A stretch of DNA of 64,000 nucleotides from the NCBI GenBank assembly GCA_013265495.1, contig MU057724.1:1503102-1567101 (forward strand), given 5' to 3'. The translations under genes were made by a program, and so were the position numbers. This document shows positions 50,496 to 62,880 of the stretch, piece after piece. Within the stretch, counting starts at the first letter, position 1. Each line of letters opens with the position of its first letter. This DNA comes from Vicugna vicugna. Its lineage: Eukaryota. The notes beneath the pieces were generated by a model, which saw nothing but the letters and a program-made list of their open reading frames with translations, was not told the DNA's origin and searched no databases.

Positions 50496-50891
50496 TCACT
50501 CACACATACACACACAGAGACACAAACACATATAGACACAGACACACACACAGAGAGACACACACACAGACATACAGACACACACACACAGACACACACA
50601 TAGACACCCAGACACACACACACAGACACACATACATACACACCCAGACACACAGACACACACAGACATACAAACACAAAGACACACACACAGACACACA
50701 CACGTATAGACACACAGACACATAGACACACACACACACAGACACATAGACACACACAGACATACAAACACAAAGACACACACACAGACACACACACAGA
50801 CACATAGACACACACAGACATACAAAGACACACACACAGACACACACACAGACAGACACACAGACACACAGACACACACACGTGTGTGTGT
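50496..50891. repeat. ~395-bp cryptic (CA)n/(CAGA)n simple repeat
   Basis: Continuous cacacacaga/cacata/gacaca units ending in cacacacacgtgtgtgtg. Confidence 0.97.
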
Positions 50892-52355
50892 ATTTATATT
50901 CACCGATTCATATTGAAAGCCACATTTAGGAATAGATAAACAGATAGGTATTATTTAACTTATATTAAGACCTGGAAGTGAGAATCCAGCATTATCTGAA
51001 GAAGCCACACTCAGCTCTGAAAGAAGAGCCTGATAGCTTTAGTGAAGCTGTCAGAACGCAGGCATATGCTTATTGAATCCAAAGTTTGCATTTTCTAAAA
51101 TATACAAAGAGAGGTTGAAGCAAACGTCCCTTACTTCGGTGGTATCTGTGGTCCTGTCTTACGTGGGGAAGAAGTGTCTTCCTGAGCAGTGCATGCTAGT
51201 GCCTGTCTGGTCTGAAGGTGAGACCCCGAAACCACTGACTGTCAGCGCCGAGCGGCGCTGAGGCGCAAGTGGAGACTGCGATGCTGGCCGCGATGTCTCG
51301 TGATCTTGCTGAAAAATGCTGTTCCCCAATATTCCTCCTGTGAAACTTGGAGGTTGGATCAGATGATCCGCAAAGACTCCTCCAGCTCAGTATACGATGA
51401 TAGAAAGTTCCTTAAGTGAAAAATGCATACGATGGACAGGAGATTGGCCACACTTTCAACTAAATCCCTTAAAAGCACTTCTGGTACCAGGCTCTTCCAG
51501 AAGCAGGTTTAGACAGCAAACTTCACAGGCAGAGGGCAAAGAGAGGCGCGCCCACTTCCTCAGCAGGAGGGAGGCACGCCCTGCGGCTGCTCCCCTGCGG
51601 TCACTGCAGCATGGCTGTCCGCGGGGTCCCCGGGGGTGTCACCCGTCCCCCAAACCTGCATTTGCCCCCCCAGAGGGGACAGCCCCTCGTAAGTGCCCCA
51701 ACACACAACGGCAGAGCCACACACCCAAGCACTGGGACCCAGGCGCCTGGGCGGGCAGGCGGGCAGGAGTCACCTCTGTGAAAAGTGACTGCTAACGTCT
51801 ATTTTAAACCCTTTGAGTTCAAGTATTTAATTTCTCCTAATTTACCTTCTCTGTCGCGTGTTCACTCCACTTCCAGTTACCAACCAATAGATTAAAACAG
51901 CAGCTTCCCTGGTAGCGCGTCTCAGAGTAGACACGTTTCCACGCTGACGTTATTTCTGTAAAGCACCGTATTCATTGGTTATAAATAAACAATTGTAAGG
52001 TGAAATAGCACACATTTGTTTCTTGAAGGCGCTCTTGCACCAAATGTCACACCGGGTGTGCTGAGCAAAGACAGCTTCCTCCTGCCGGCATTCAGTCAAC
52101 ACTCGCGACACGGAAGCCATCACTCACTCGGGTCCACTCCCTGCTCAGTGGGCAATTTCAAAGGGAAAAAAAGCATCGGGTAGACTAATCTCTTCTATTT
52201 GAAAATAGAGGAACACATCACTTGACTTACGAGCTTCCTTTCATGTAAAGGTCCCAAAGCGCTTTTTGAAAAGCACCTCTTCAGTTTCCCCAGCAGGCAT
52301 GTGAGGGACGTGCTGGCCGTGGGTTGGAAATGGCAGGGAAGCATCCACATGGCTT

Positions 52356-52745
52356 GAGTGAAGTGGCCCGAGAGAGAAAGACAAACGCCAGACACGGTCA
52401 CTTACATGTGGAATCTTAAAAAAAGGACACAAAAAACTTACTTACAAAACAGAGACAGACTCACAGACGTAGAAAACACACTTGCAGTTACCGGGGGGAA
52501 GGGGGTGGGAAGAGAGAAACTGGGACTTCAGGGTTTGCAGATACACACAACTACATATGAAAGAGATAAACAAGGTTTTTCTACATAGCCCAGGGAACTG
52601 CATTCAGTACCCTGTAATGGCCTATAATGAAAACTAACATGAAAAGCAATACATATGTATGTGTGTGTAAGAATCACTGCGCTGTACGCCGGGATTAACA
52701 CAACACTGTGCACTGACTGTCCCTCAGTAAAAAGCAAAACAGAAG
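52356..52745 (+). mobile_element. LINE-1 3' end (ORF2 tail plus 3' UTR)
   Basis: cacttacatgtggaatcttaaaaaaagg...acaaaacagagacagactcacagac...catagcccagggaac...; A-rich end; colinear with 54020-54380. Confidence 0.85.
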
Positions 52746-53764
52746 CAAAGCCAGCGACGAGGCCTGGGCGGTGGGGTGCACCGCTGCGACCCTGCCCCAG
52801 GTCCTCTCCGGCGGGCATCCAAGGCAGGTCCCTCACCCGACGGCTGAAACTGAGATCGTGGTGCTGAGGGGAAGGCGGCAACAGGAAGCCCGCAGCGACA
52901 CACGCAGACGGGGCGAGGAGACGGCGGAGTGAAGGCCGAGTCCCCGGGCCCAGCAGCCCGGCGCGCGGAGACCCCGAGGACCGGGGCGGGGTTTCTGCTC
53001 CGTTTGTTTGATGAAGGGACCAGCCGAGCCGACCCCCACACGGGAGACCAGGGGCGGCTTCCGGGGTCTGGCCAGAGTCAGGCTGTCTGTGGAACTTCTC
53101 TCATCTCTTTTTTACTAAAAAGCCAAAGGAAAAGGAAGTCTTGGAAATCTTCAGATTTGCCAGCAAGGAAATTACTGAGAACCAAGGAAAAGGACCGTCT
53201 TCAACAACCCTCTTGAACGTGACTTCTCAGAGAAGGCAGGAGAGCTCGGCGGGCTGTCCGCGTCCTCCCGCATCTGCGGCTGACTCGCCAGGACTGTGAT
53301 GCTCTCTCACGGCGCTCGGAGACCAGGCCCTCCCAGCTGGGGACCTCTTTATTTTGGAGAGAAGCATGGGGTTGCGTGCAGAGGCACGTGCTTGCAGCTA
53401 CAGTCTCTGTGATGAATCCAGATGGGAAAAGCGCCCAGCCTGGGTTTTAGATAATCTGCTGTTATGCAAAACTCTGAAAAATAAAGGTTAACTTTTTAGC
53501 TGCAACTCAGTAACAATGAGTTGAGGGGACAAGTTTTTTCACGATGAGAAAGGGCAGACGCAAAGCTTCGTGTCGGTTACACGAGCCTTCGCTTTCAGGG
53601 CCGTGTCCAGCACTGCACTGGTGCTTTCTCCTTGGTCTTTTGAGCTTTGTGTTTTATTTAGTTAGCAATTACAAATGCTAAAGAGAAATCCACAAAAATA
53701 AGTCTTTAAACAGATAGGAAATCAAGGTTGATGATGTCTTCATGAAAAAGAAGTGCCCAACAGA

Positions 53765-54385
53765 CATATGACTGCGTCCCACCCCTGGGCATGTACCCCA
53801 AGGGAGCTCTAATTGGAAAAGACACCTGCACCCCAATCTTCACAGCAGCAGTATTTACAACAGCCAAGACATGGAGACAGCCTAAGTGTCCATCAACAGA
53901 GGACTGGGTAAAGAAGCTGTGGTATATCTATACAATGGAATACTACTCTGCCATAAAAAGTAATAAAATAATGCCATTTGCAGCAACATAGATGGACCTG
54001 GACATCATCATTCTAAGTGAATTAAGCCAGAAAGAGAAAGAAAAATATCATATGTTATCACTCATATGTGGAATCTTAGGAAAAAAGGACACAGATGAAC
54101 TTATTTGCAAAACAGAGGGAGACTCACAGACACGGAAAACACACTTATAGTTACCAGGGGGGAAGCTGGAGGTGAGGGAGGGTGCACTAGGAGTTTGAGA
54201 TTAGCAGATACAGACTACTAGAAACAAAACAGACTAACAGCAAGGTCTACTGTACGGCACAGGGCACTACATTCAGGATCTTGGAACAGCCTGTAATGAA
54301 AAGAACGGGAAAATGAACATAGGTGTGTAACTGAGCCACCTCGCTGTCCACCAGACACTAATCGAACACTGGAAATGCGTGACTG
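53765..54385 (+). mobile_element. LINE-1 3' end (ORF2 C-terminus plus 3' UTR)
   Basis: ORF 53791-53991 KDTCTPIFTAAVFTTAKTWRQPKCPSTEDWVKKLWYIYTMEYYSAIK is the L1 ORF2 C-terminus. Confidence 0.92.
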
Positions 54386-55159
54386 CAGGAGCCTGCAGAT
54401 GAACGTGATGAAGGGGACCTGGCAGGTCGCAGTTCTCTGTGCTTCAGCTTTCTGACCAGCCTCCGTCTGACTAAACGATGGTCCCATTTGGGGCTGCTGT
54501 GGTCACTGGCTCAGCCAACGCTTCGCCTGGTGCCTTTCAACTCCAAGCCGGTCCCCCCTCCCCAGGCTCTGCTGTCCACGGCTCCTCTCCTGGTCAGATT
54601 CCTCCAGGGAAGGTGACAGAGGGAGGCAGGAGGCAGAGGAGGCCCAGTTCACAGTGTGTCACCCCCCTTCTCCCCAGACAGCATGCACTCAGCACCGCCT
54701 GGCCACACCGCCTCCTCCCGCTGGGACCAGAGAAGCTATGACCAGACTGTGACCAGCCAGGGATGGTCTGGCCTCTAGCACCACAGAATGCACCTTCGTC
54801 AGAGAGCACAAAGAGGGAGAGAGGACAAAACAGTAGTGTCTACCAAACAGAGGACCGGAAAGCTCCCAGCCACTCACATCCGCATCTGGGAAGAAATGAA
54901 CACAGTCGAATGTGTCTAGAAACGTTGACAGCCAGCTGCACCCAGCCTCTCTGGGTCCTGCTAATGACCGGTGTCCCTGCCTCAGAATTAAATCAGGTCA
55001 CCCGGACATGCTTCCCCATCACTCTTCTTCTGTTCATAGCCTCAGCATAGCTATTTTATCTACTGGGGGTTAAGGTAAAGGGGCGCACGCAGGGCCATTC
55101 TTTCTGTGGGTTTGGAAACTTGACACACATCTGAGTAGATGTGAATTTTTCCCTGATTA

Positions 55160-55773
55160 TGCAGCCGAGCAGGACCCTCTGGGGCCTTCCCAGGACAGAC
55201 CACCTCCCCATGTCCTCCACCTGCTTCTTGTCTGTAGGAAAACTTTAATCTCCCAGGCCTTTCCCGAGTTCCAAAGAGTACATTAAATCAGAGAAGTGAG
55301 AAAATGCAGAGAAAAAGGAAAATCATCCAGCAAGACAAAATAATAACAGTTTAGCCATTAAACAAAGCCAAGGACCCTTAGCTTCCCGTCAGGGGTTACT
55401 GGTTATATTCTGACCCTGTCCTCGGATTGCAGTGCAGAGCCTGAAACCCCCGCCAGGGGGGAGAAGCTACCTCTCTGCTGCCCACACGCGCACGGACCCC
55501 TTCTGGAACCGGAGGCGGATGCTGACTCCGGATGACCTCCCCGCCAGCCAGTCCGAAGAACGTCCACCAGCTGACCACGCCCCTCACACCCCCCTCCCTC
55601 CCTGTCCTTAAACACCCTTTCCCGTCAGGGACTTCGGGTCTTTTAAGCGCCAGCTGCCTGGACTCCTTGCCCGGCGCCCTGCGATTATGCTGCACTTTTC
55701 TTCACTACGACCCGGGGTCAGCAGGCTGGCTTCACGCGCGCCCACGAGCAGACCCAAGTTTGGTTCGCTAACA
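55160..55773 (+). mobile_element. ERV1-like solo LTR, CpG-rich
   Basis: Starts tgcagccgagcaggaccct, ends gacccaagtttggttcgctaaca (TG..CA). The 3' end resembles that of the other ERV1-like LTRs in the window. Confidence 0.7.
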
Positions 55774-56786
55774 GTTCTTTCTGTTTGGATTCCTTACACT
55801 CACTTTTCCTGCCCCACCCGATTCGCCAAACTCAGAAGCAATGACTGGAGAAGACACAGTGGACAGCTGGTTAGGACAGGCATGGGGATGGAACCCACAC
55901 CGGAATTCTCACCCGCCACCGCAAACCCCAACCTGCACCCCAGGGAGTACTGGACGGCATCTTGGCGGAGGAGCAGCTTGCGGTACCTTGCAGCCAAACC
56001 TTGGGAAAAGCCATATAATGTGCACAATTTATGCATGTTTCATTTTTCCTGGGGGAGCTGATTTCATGATTTTCACCTACTGTGATTCAAAGTGACAACA
56101 ACAATACAGAGACTGCTGTTCATTCTCTCGCCACATTTAAAAGGCTGGAAGTTGCACCAGTAATCAGACACTGGAAAACATTATCCACTTTCCAAGCCAA
56201 GTAAAGCAGAATTAATGGTTTAACAAGCAAAACAAACCAAAGGAAAAAGCTTTGAAGCAAGCTACGTAAATGCGGAAAATCATTGTCAAATTTTTTTTTA
56301 ATTCTGTACCAATGATGACAAAATGTTCCAAATTAATGTTACTTCAACATCAGTCTGTGTCGTCCGCATTAGTATGGTCGCCAAAGCAGATGTTACTGCT
56401 ACTGGTTATTTCTGTAGCTGTTTTCAAGCAGAGGAATCTAAGTGCCAGTCCTTTTTCTACAGAATGTGGGTGTATAACCATAAAGGCTATCATTACACAT
56501 CCCCTAGACTGCTCCTCAGAGACAGCACTAAGGCAGTAGCACAGGGTCGGGGGCTGGTCAGCAGGGGCGTGAAAATGTGTGCCTAGCTCCTGTCTCTCTT
56601 CTGCCCAATCTCCCTGAAGTTAGTCTTCAAAGCGCTTCTGCCAAGCTTCCGTGGATTTCTGCTTGCAGAAATACCGCTTTGATTGCCTTACTTCCAAAAG
56701 AGACCTACACAGCACTTCTTCCTGTGCTGGAAGCAAACCATTGTGATTATTTGCTGCTGACGTCTTCCATCAAAAACACTTGGTCA

Positions 56787-57920
56787 TTTCTCTGATAATT
56801 AATGATATTGAGCATTTTTTCATGTGCTATTGATCATTTGTATTTCTTCCTTGGAGAATTGCTTGTTTAGGTCTTCTGCCCACTTTTGGATTGGGTTGTT
56901 TGGTTGTTTCTTATTAAGTCGTATGAGCTGCTTACGTATTCTGGAGATCAAGCCTTTGTCGGTTTCATTTGCAAACATTTTCTCCCATTCCATAGGTTGT
57001 CGTTTTGTTTTACTTCTGGTTTCCTTTGCTGTGCAGAAGCTTGTAAGTTTCATTAGGTCCCATTTGTTTATTCTTACTTTCATTTCTATTGCTTGGGTAG
57101 ACTGCCCTAGGAGAACGTTTTTGAGATGTATGTCAGATAATGTTTTGCCTATGTTTTCTTCTAGGAGGTTAATAGTATCTTGTCTTATGTTTAAGTCTTT
57201 GATCCATTTTGAGTTTATTTTTGTGTATGGTGTAAGGGAGTGTTCTAGCTTCATTGCTTTACAGGCTGCTGTCCAGTTTTCCCAACACCATTTGCTGTAG
57301 GGACTGTCTTTATTCCATTGTATATTCTTGCCTCCTTTGTCGAAGATTAGTTGACCAAAAGTTTGTGGGTTCATTTCTGGGCTCTTTATTCTGTTCCATT
57401 GGTCCATGTGTCTGTTTTGTACCAATACCATGCTGTCTTGATGACTGTAGCTCTATAGTATTGTCTGAAGTCTGGGAGAGTTACTCCCTAGCCTCTTTCT
57501 TTTTCTTCAGTAATGTTTTGGCAATTCTAGGTCTCTGATGGTTCCATATAAATTTTATTATGCTTTGTTCTAGTTCTGTGATATATGTCCTGGGTAATTT
57601 GATAGGGATTGCACTAAATCTGTAGATGGCCTTGGGCAGTGTGACCATTTTAACAATATCGATTCTTCCAATCCAGGAGAGTGGGATATCTTTTCATTTT
57701 TTGAAGTCTTCTTTAATTTCCTTCATCAGTGTTTTATAGTTTTCTGTGTATAAGTCTTTCACCTCCTTGGTTAGATTTATTCCTAGGTATTTTATTACTG
57801 TGGGTGCTATTTTAAAGCGGATTATTTCTTTACTTTCTTTTTCTATTGATTCATCATTAGTGTAAAGAAATGCAACTGATTTTTGAACGTTAATCTTGTA
57901 ACCTGCTACCTTGCTGAATT
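56787..57920 (-). mobile_element. LINE-1 ORF2 fragment: inverted 5' segment of a twin-primed insertion
   Basis: ORFs 57694-57969 (EFSKVAGYKINVQKS...IKYLGINLTKEVKDLY) and 56820-57431 (DQWNRI...LIFDKG...KWCWENW) are L1 ORF2. Confidence 0.93.
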
Positions 57921-58302
57921 CTAAGTGAAGTAAGCCAGAAAGAGAAAGAAAAATACCATATGAGGTCACTCATATGTGGACTCTAAAAACAAAAACAAAA
58001 ACAACAACAAAAAAGCATAAATACAAAACAGAAACAGATTCATAGACATAGAATACAAACTTGTGGTTGCCAAGGGGGCGGAGGGTGGGAAGGGATAGAT
58101 GGGATTTCAAAATTGTAGAATAGATAAACAAGATTATACTGCATAGCACAGGGAAATATATACAAGATCTTGTGGTAGCTCACAGAGAAAGGAATGTGAT
58201 AATGAATACATATATGTTCATGTATAACTGAAAAATTGTGCTCTACACTGGAATTTGACACAACATTGTAAAATGATTATAAACCAATAAAAAAAAGTTA
58301 AA
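57918..58302 (+). mobile_element. LINE-1 3' end: non-inverted segment of the same insertion
   Basis: attctaagtgaagtaagccagaaagagaaagaaaaataccatatg...aataaaaaaaagttaaaaaaa is the L1 3' UTR and poly(A). Confidence 0.92.
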
Positions 58303-61300
58303 AAAAATACTCAGTCAAATAAATAATATTTTTGCAACATCCCCTGCACAGAAACTCATACAGAGACCGAAGTCTTCCTCTCCTGTGACAGAAATACACA
58401 CGTTGTCAAGAACGCCACTCCAGGAATGCATTTTGTCAACAAAAATGTTCTGAGAAGGAAAGGAGAATGAAGTTTAGGCCAGTGTTTCACGAGGTAGCCA
58501 CTGGAAATTTAAGAGACTTCTGAGAAGTCGAGAAAACTTCACATTCAGCTCCTCTTCCTTGAGAAAACCTCCTGAGGCAGGCTTGGCCTTGGCGAGGCGC
58601 ACATGGGTGAAGAAGACGTGTTCCTGGCTGGTCAGCCCCAGGCCAGCACACGCCGCCCACAAGCGCCCAGTGTGCAGCCTTAGGGATCTGTATTCCTCCC
58701 AAGCCGACACCACCCGTGTGTTCTCAGGCACCAGGAATGTTCTTTTGGGCACAAAATACCAACGTTTTCTTCCTCTTGATGGTTTTTTTTTTCTTTTTTT
58801 ACAGACAGAATCATGAAAGATCGCAGAAGCAGCCTGCACAACACAGATGAGGGCTTGCCGAGGCCAGGGGGCGCGTACGCGATAAACGCAGGGCCCGGCC
58901 TCACCGAAACGTCTGTGGGCCCAGCGTCTGCAAGTGCCCTTGCAGAGAGGGGCACGGGTGCCAGGTTCTTCACTGCCAGTCCCGAATCACGGCCGAGACG
59001 AACGTCGGACCGCCTCCTTCCACAGCCGCGCGACTGCAATTCCCCGCCTGAGCAGCAAGCGCTAAGCCGGCTTGGACCCCTCGCCCAGGGGCTCCGCCGA
59101 GCGTGCAGACAGGCTTCTCCTTCGCCATATAATGGCTAGTTTATGATGCTTTAAGATAAGGCTTGCCTACCTGGGGAAAGCCTAACTGGTCAAGTGTCAG
59201 GATTCTCAGATCAACCCTTGTGTTCACAGGAAGGACGGAGGCGCGGGTCGCCCCGTGGGGTACGGGCCTCGGGCCTCCGCTGGGAAGGACGCCCCTGCGC
59301 GTGGGAGGGCCGACGTCCCCGAGCGCGGCACCTGGGGCTTCGCCAGGCCCCCCATGTCCTGCGGCGACCAGCACAGTCGTGCTGAGTTTCTTCAGGGAGG
59401 CACTTTAAGAGAATAATTTAGTTTTAATACTTCAAATCTTAATCCAGCAAACAGATTTCAAAGCTATGGGGAGAAGAACTCTGGTTCAGCGCAGTGAGCG
59501 GGGTGCGCCAGTCTGCCTCACTCTCTTTCGAGATTCCACTGAAATAACAGCCCAGATGGTCGATACAAATAAATAAACCCACAACCATCAAAGGGACAGG
59601 ACAGGGGAGGCTGCAGGCATGACAAGAGGTCTCAGCAAATTCTGGAAACATAAAACGTGCGGGCGAGGGTGGACGGAAGAAGCAGAGACAGCTGCGGCCG
59701 GGAGGATTCTACGGGGGGCAGGAACCATCCGATTGCCGGGCCCAGAGACCCCACCCGGTGGGGGCGGGGAGGGGGGAGGGGGTGGAGACAGAGGGCTTGA
59801 CCGAGCCCGCGGACGGGAAACACGGTTACTAGGTAGCTGCCAACCTCTATCAGGAAAAAATGTGCATAAATATACATCAGCTCTTCTCTGCAGGAACTGA
59901 ACAAACCCGACAGAGGAAAAGCAATGAAATTTGTATGGGGCCGGAGCTCAAGAGAAGGCCTTTCTCTGTCCAGTATTTTGAGAGGAGACGTCTTCCATTT
60001 TCCTGCCTCACTGTCCAAACTAAGATTCCCCAAAAGGGGAAATTTCGCAAGAAAACAGACCTGTGTAATTCTGCATTTTCTTTCTTTTCAGAAAAAAAGA
60101 CAACCATGTCTTCAGCTAAAGATACAATAAACGCGTTAAGATGAGGTCTCAGAGGAGACAAAGCAGCAGGTTGCCCTCGTCGATGAAGACAAAGCAAAAG
60201 GAGGCTGCACAAGTGTCCCTTTGGCGCCCACTGCCATTTAATGACGCGCTCTTAAGACGGAACACCCACCTAGAACGGGGCACACATCACGCTTTCCCCC
60301 AGGCCAGGCAGCTGGGCTGCGACGATCCCGGACAAACTCAAAAAGACAGAACACGGCGGGTCCTGCAGAAGCTGGCCCCCGACCCCGCCCTCTCTGTGCA
60401 GGTGGCCCGTCTGAGGTCTGAACACCACGCGTATTCCAGCTGTTGGGTTCTTCTCCTGAAAACAAAATCCAACTATGCAATTTTCAGTGTTTGGGTTTGT
60501 TCTTCTTTTTCTCAGAAATGGAACCGGCAGGGCACGGGGTGCGTACGGCCACTTGTGGGAGTTTCCGCGCCAAGTCTGCAGAGCGGCTTCACCTGACTTT
60601 TCAGGTGCCGTTCGTCTCTCCCGCCCTGTTCCCACGTGGGTTACCCACTTCTCCCCACTGATTTCAAGCCACAGAGTGTCTCAGAGTGGCTCCATTTAAT
60701 CATGCAAAGGTGCAGGCCCCGCATCACAGGCGGACAACACCGCATCCTGGCCCCCAGGCCGTCACTACGTCGTGTAAACACAATGTGCAAAGCAGGAGCG
60801 AAGGATGCCTGAAGAGCCAGCGTGGTGTCTCTGTGACGTCAGCGGGTCCCCAAAGGCCTCTGGCTGTTGCGGGGCGACTTGCTTGGAATGAACGTGCCAG
60901 AGTCAAACGGGTTCTATCCTGCCCTGGGAGTAAAAGAAAATGTCTGTGGAATTAGCAAAAGTTGCAGCCGCCATTCAGCTCTGAGATGTCTCAGATCTCT
61001 TCTGTCCCTCACAATCCTGGGCCTAAAAACTGGCGTTGCACTTGGAACTTGAAAAAGTAACTTGATGTTCCCCCTTTCCTGGTAATGCTCTTGACTAGAA
61101 AGATGCTAGGTGGATGGGAAAGTAACTTGTTAACTCTTTTAAAGTCAGTGAGTCATAATAATTAAGACTGAAATGATAATTAAGTGAAGCTAGAATAATA
61201 ATTAAGATCGGAACCCTGAGATGCAACACGAGGAACCGTGTGCTTATTTGCATTTCAGGACAGAGAGGATTTTCTTGTCCAGAGAAGACAAAGAAGGGTG

Positions 61301-62284
61301 TGTCTGATGTAATACGATGAACATTGGAGATGAATTAATTGTCGTGCTGGAGGAGAGAAAGCAACGTGTCGTGTTTTAATCCCCTTGGAACGAGCCCTGT
61401 CCAGTCCTCAGTGTCCCCCGTGTACGTCATCCAGGAGGTATTTCCACAGCTGCCACTTCAGAAGGGCTTTTCTCAAAGTCGTAAGCGGCACAGCTGAGGA
61501 TGGAAAGGTCTCTGTTTCTCTCAGAAATCCTGTGATGAAACGGAAAAGGATGCCTTCAAAGCAGAGGGCTGAGCAGGGCAAGGCTCAGACCCACAGACGT
61601 AAATGCCCGCCCCGCACCTCACTTCTAAATGGATTTCTACCAAATCATCAGAATGACTCCGACGGCGACACACAGCCGTGCCCCGCGGACTGCCTGCAGG
61701 AAGCGCCTCACGCCCGAAAGTCATCGTGAAGAGGAACAGAGCACGCACCCCCCCCCCGGACTCTAGCTCACACGGTGGACACACAGAGCCGCACCTGGTG
61801 CTACCTGCCTGGAAGACACACAGAAAGGGGAGCTTTACTCTTACCTGTTTGCATGCGATGTATTTATTTAATCACAATGAGAAATATTTTTGAAAGAAGA
61901 AAATAAAAACACTTAAGGAAAAGAATCACTCCTGCTTCACTCGCAGGCTTCTTTCTGACAAAATCGTTATTACAGGAGCAGCGCGTCAGACACGCGCTGC
62001 AAAAGCCATCACAGAGGGATGAGAGGCGGTGGCTGCGAGGGGCGAGCCCTTCCCGCTGCTCCGGGCTGGAGCCGGGAGGCAGAGCTGCGCCTTCGGAAAC
62101 TGGGCATTGCGGCCGGCGGTCACGGCGCTCCTCCCTGGGTCCAACCCGGGGTCCACCCATCACAGACGCCACTGTGTCAGACCCCACAGCGGCCGCTTTC
62201 CCGTCTGCACAAAACAACTTGGTCTCTGCAACTCCAAATGACAAACTTTGTCCAGAGAAGACAAAGAATGATATATTGGATGTA

Positions 62285-62380
62285 ACACTCACAAATGCAC
62301 ACACGCTCACATGTGCGCACACTCACATGTACACACTCGCATGCATGCACACTTGCACGTGCACACACATGTACAACACT
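62285..62380. repeat. CA/CATG-rich low-complexity repeat
   Basis: cacacgctcacatgtgcgcacactcacatgtacacactcgcatgcatgcacacttgcacgtgcacacacatgtac. Confidence 0.7.
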
Positions 62381-62669
62381 GCCCTCCAGGGTTGGTCTAG
62401 CACATAACGAAGGCGGTGGAGGCGGGAAGGCTTGTAGAAAGAAGAGCGGGGGTGGGAACTGGGGCGGACGGGGCGCTGGAGGCGGGAGGAGGGAGAGGCA
62501 GTGACCAGGACGTGGACAGGGGTCTATGACAAGGTCTTTCTCTCCGGGAGAAGGGCACGCGTCACTCATTCCAGGCTCGCTCGGGCAAAGCACAAGTAGA
62601 CACCTTCTTACGACTGTGGATACGCGCTGATGAGGGCACCGAGTTCAGCGTGAACCAAATAATAACACT

Positions 62670-62880
62670 AAAGCCACCAAATGCCACGGAAGTGCTCGGC
62701 GCTTCACGTGCATTTAGCCATTTTGATCCTCACAACTACGCTGCGAGGCAGGTAGTATAAGTGCGCACATCGTTTAAACGGGGAAACTGGGACAGAGAGG
62801 TTAAGTAACCTGCTCAGTGTCACACCGCATGGAAAGGCTGGACCAGGCTCAGTGCAGGTGGAGATCCAGCAGCCTGCGTG
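62670..62880 (-). mobile_element. MIR SINE relic
   Basis: atcctcacaac...gaggcaggta...ggggaaactgggacagagaggttaagtaacctgctcagtgtcacac is the antisense MIR core. Confidence 0.8.

Noticed and set aside
50396..50903. Cys/Val-rich ORFs of 125-161 aa
   Set aside because: Translations of a (TG)n-type simple repeat
56820..57431. 203-aa ORF as a functional gene
   Set aside because: Fragment of L1 ORF2 within a truncated, inverted, frameshifted element
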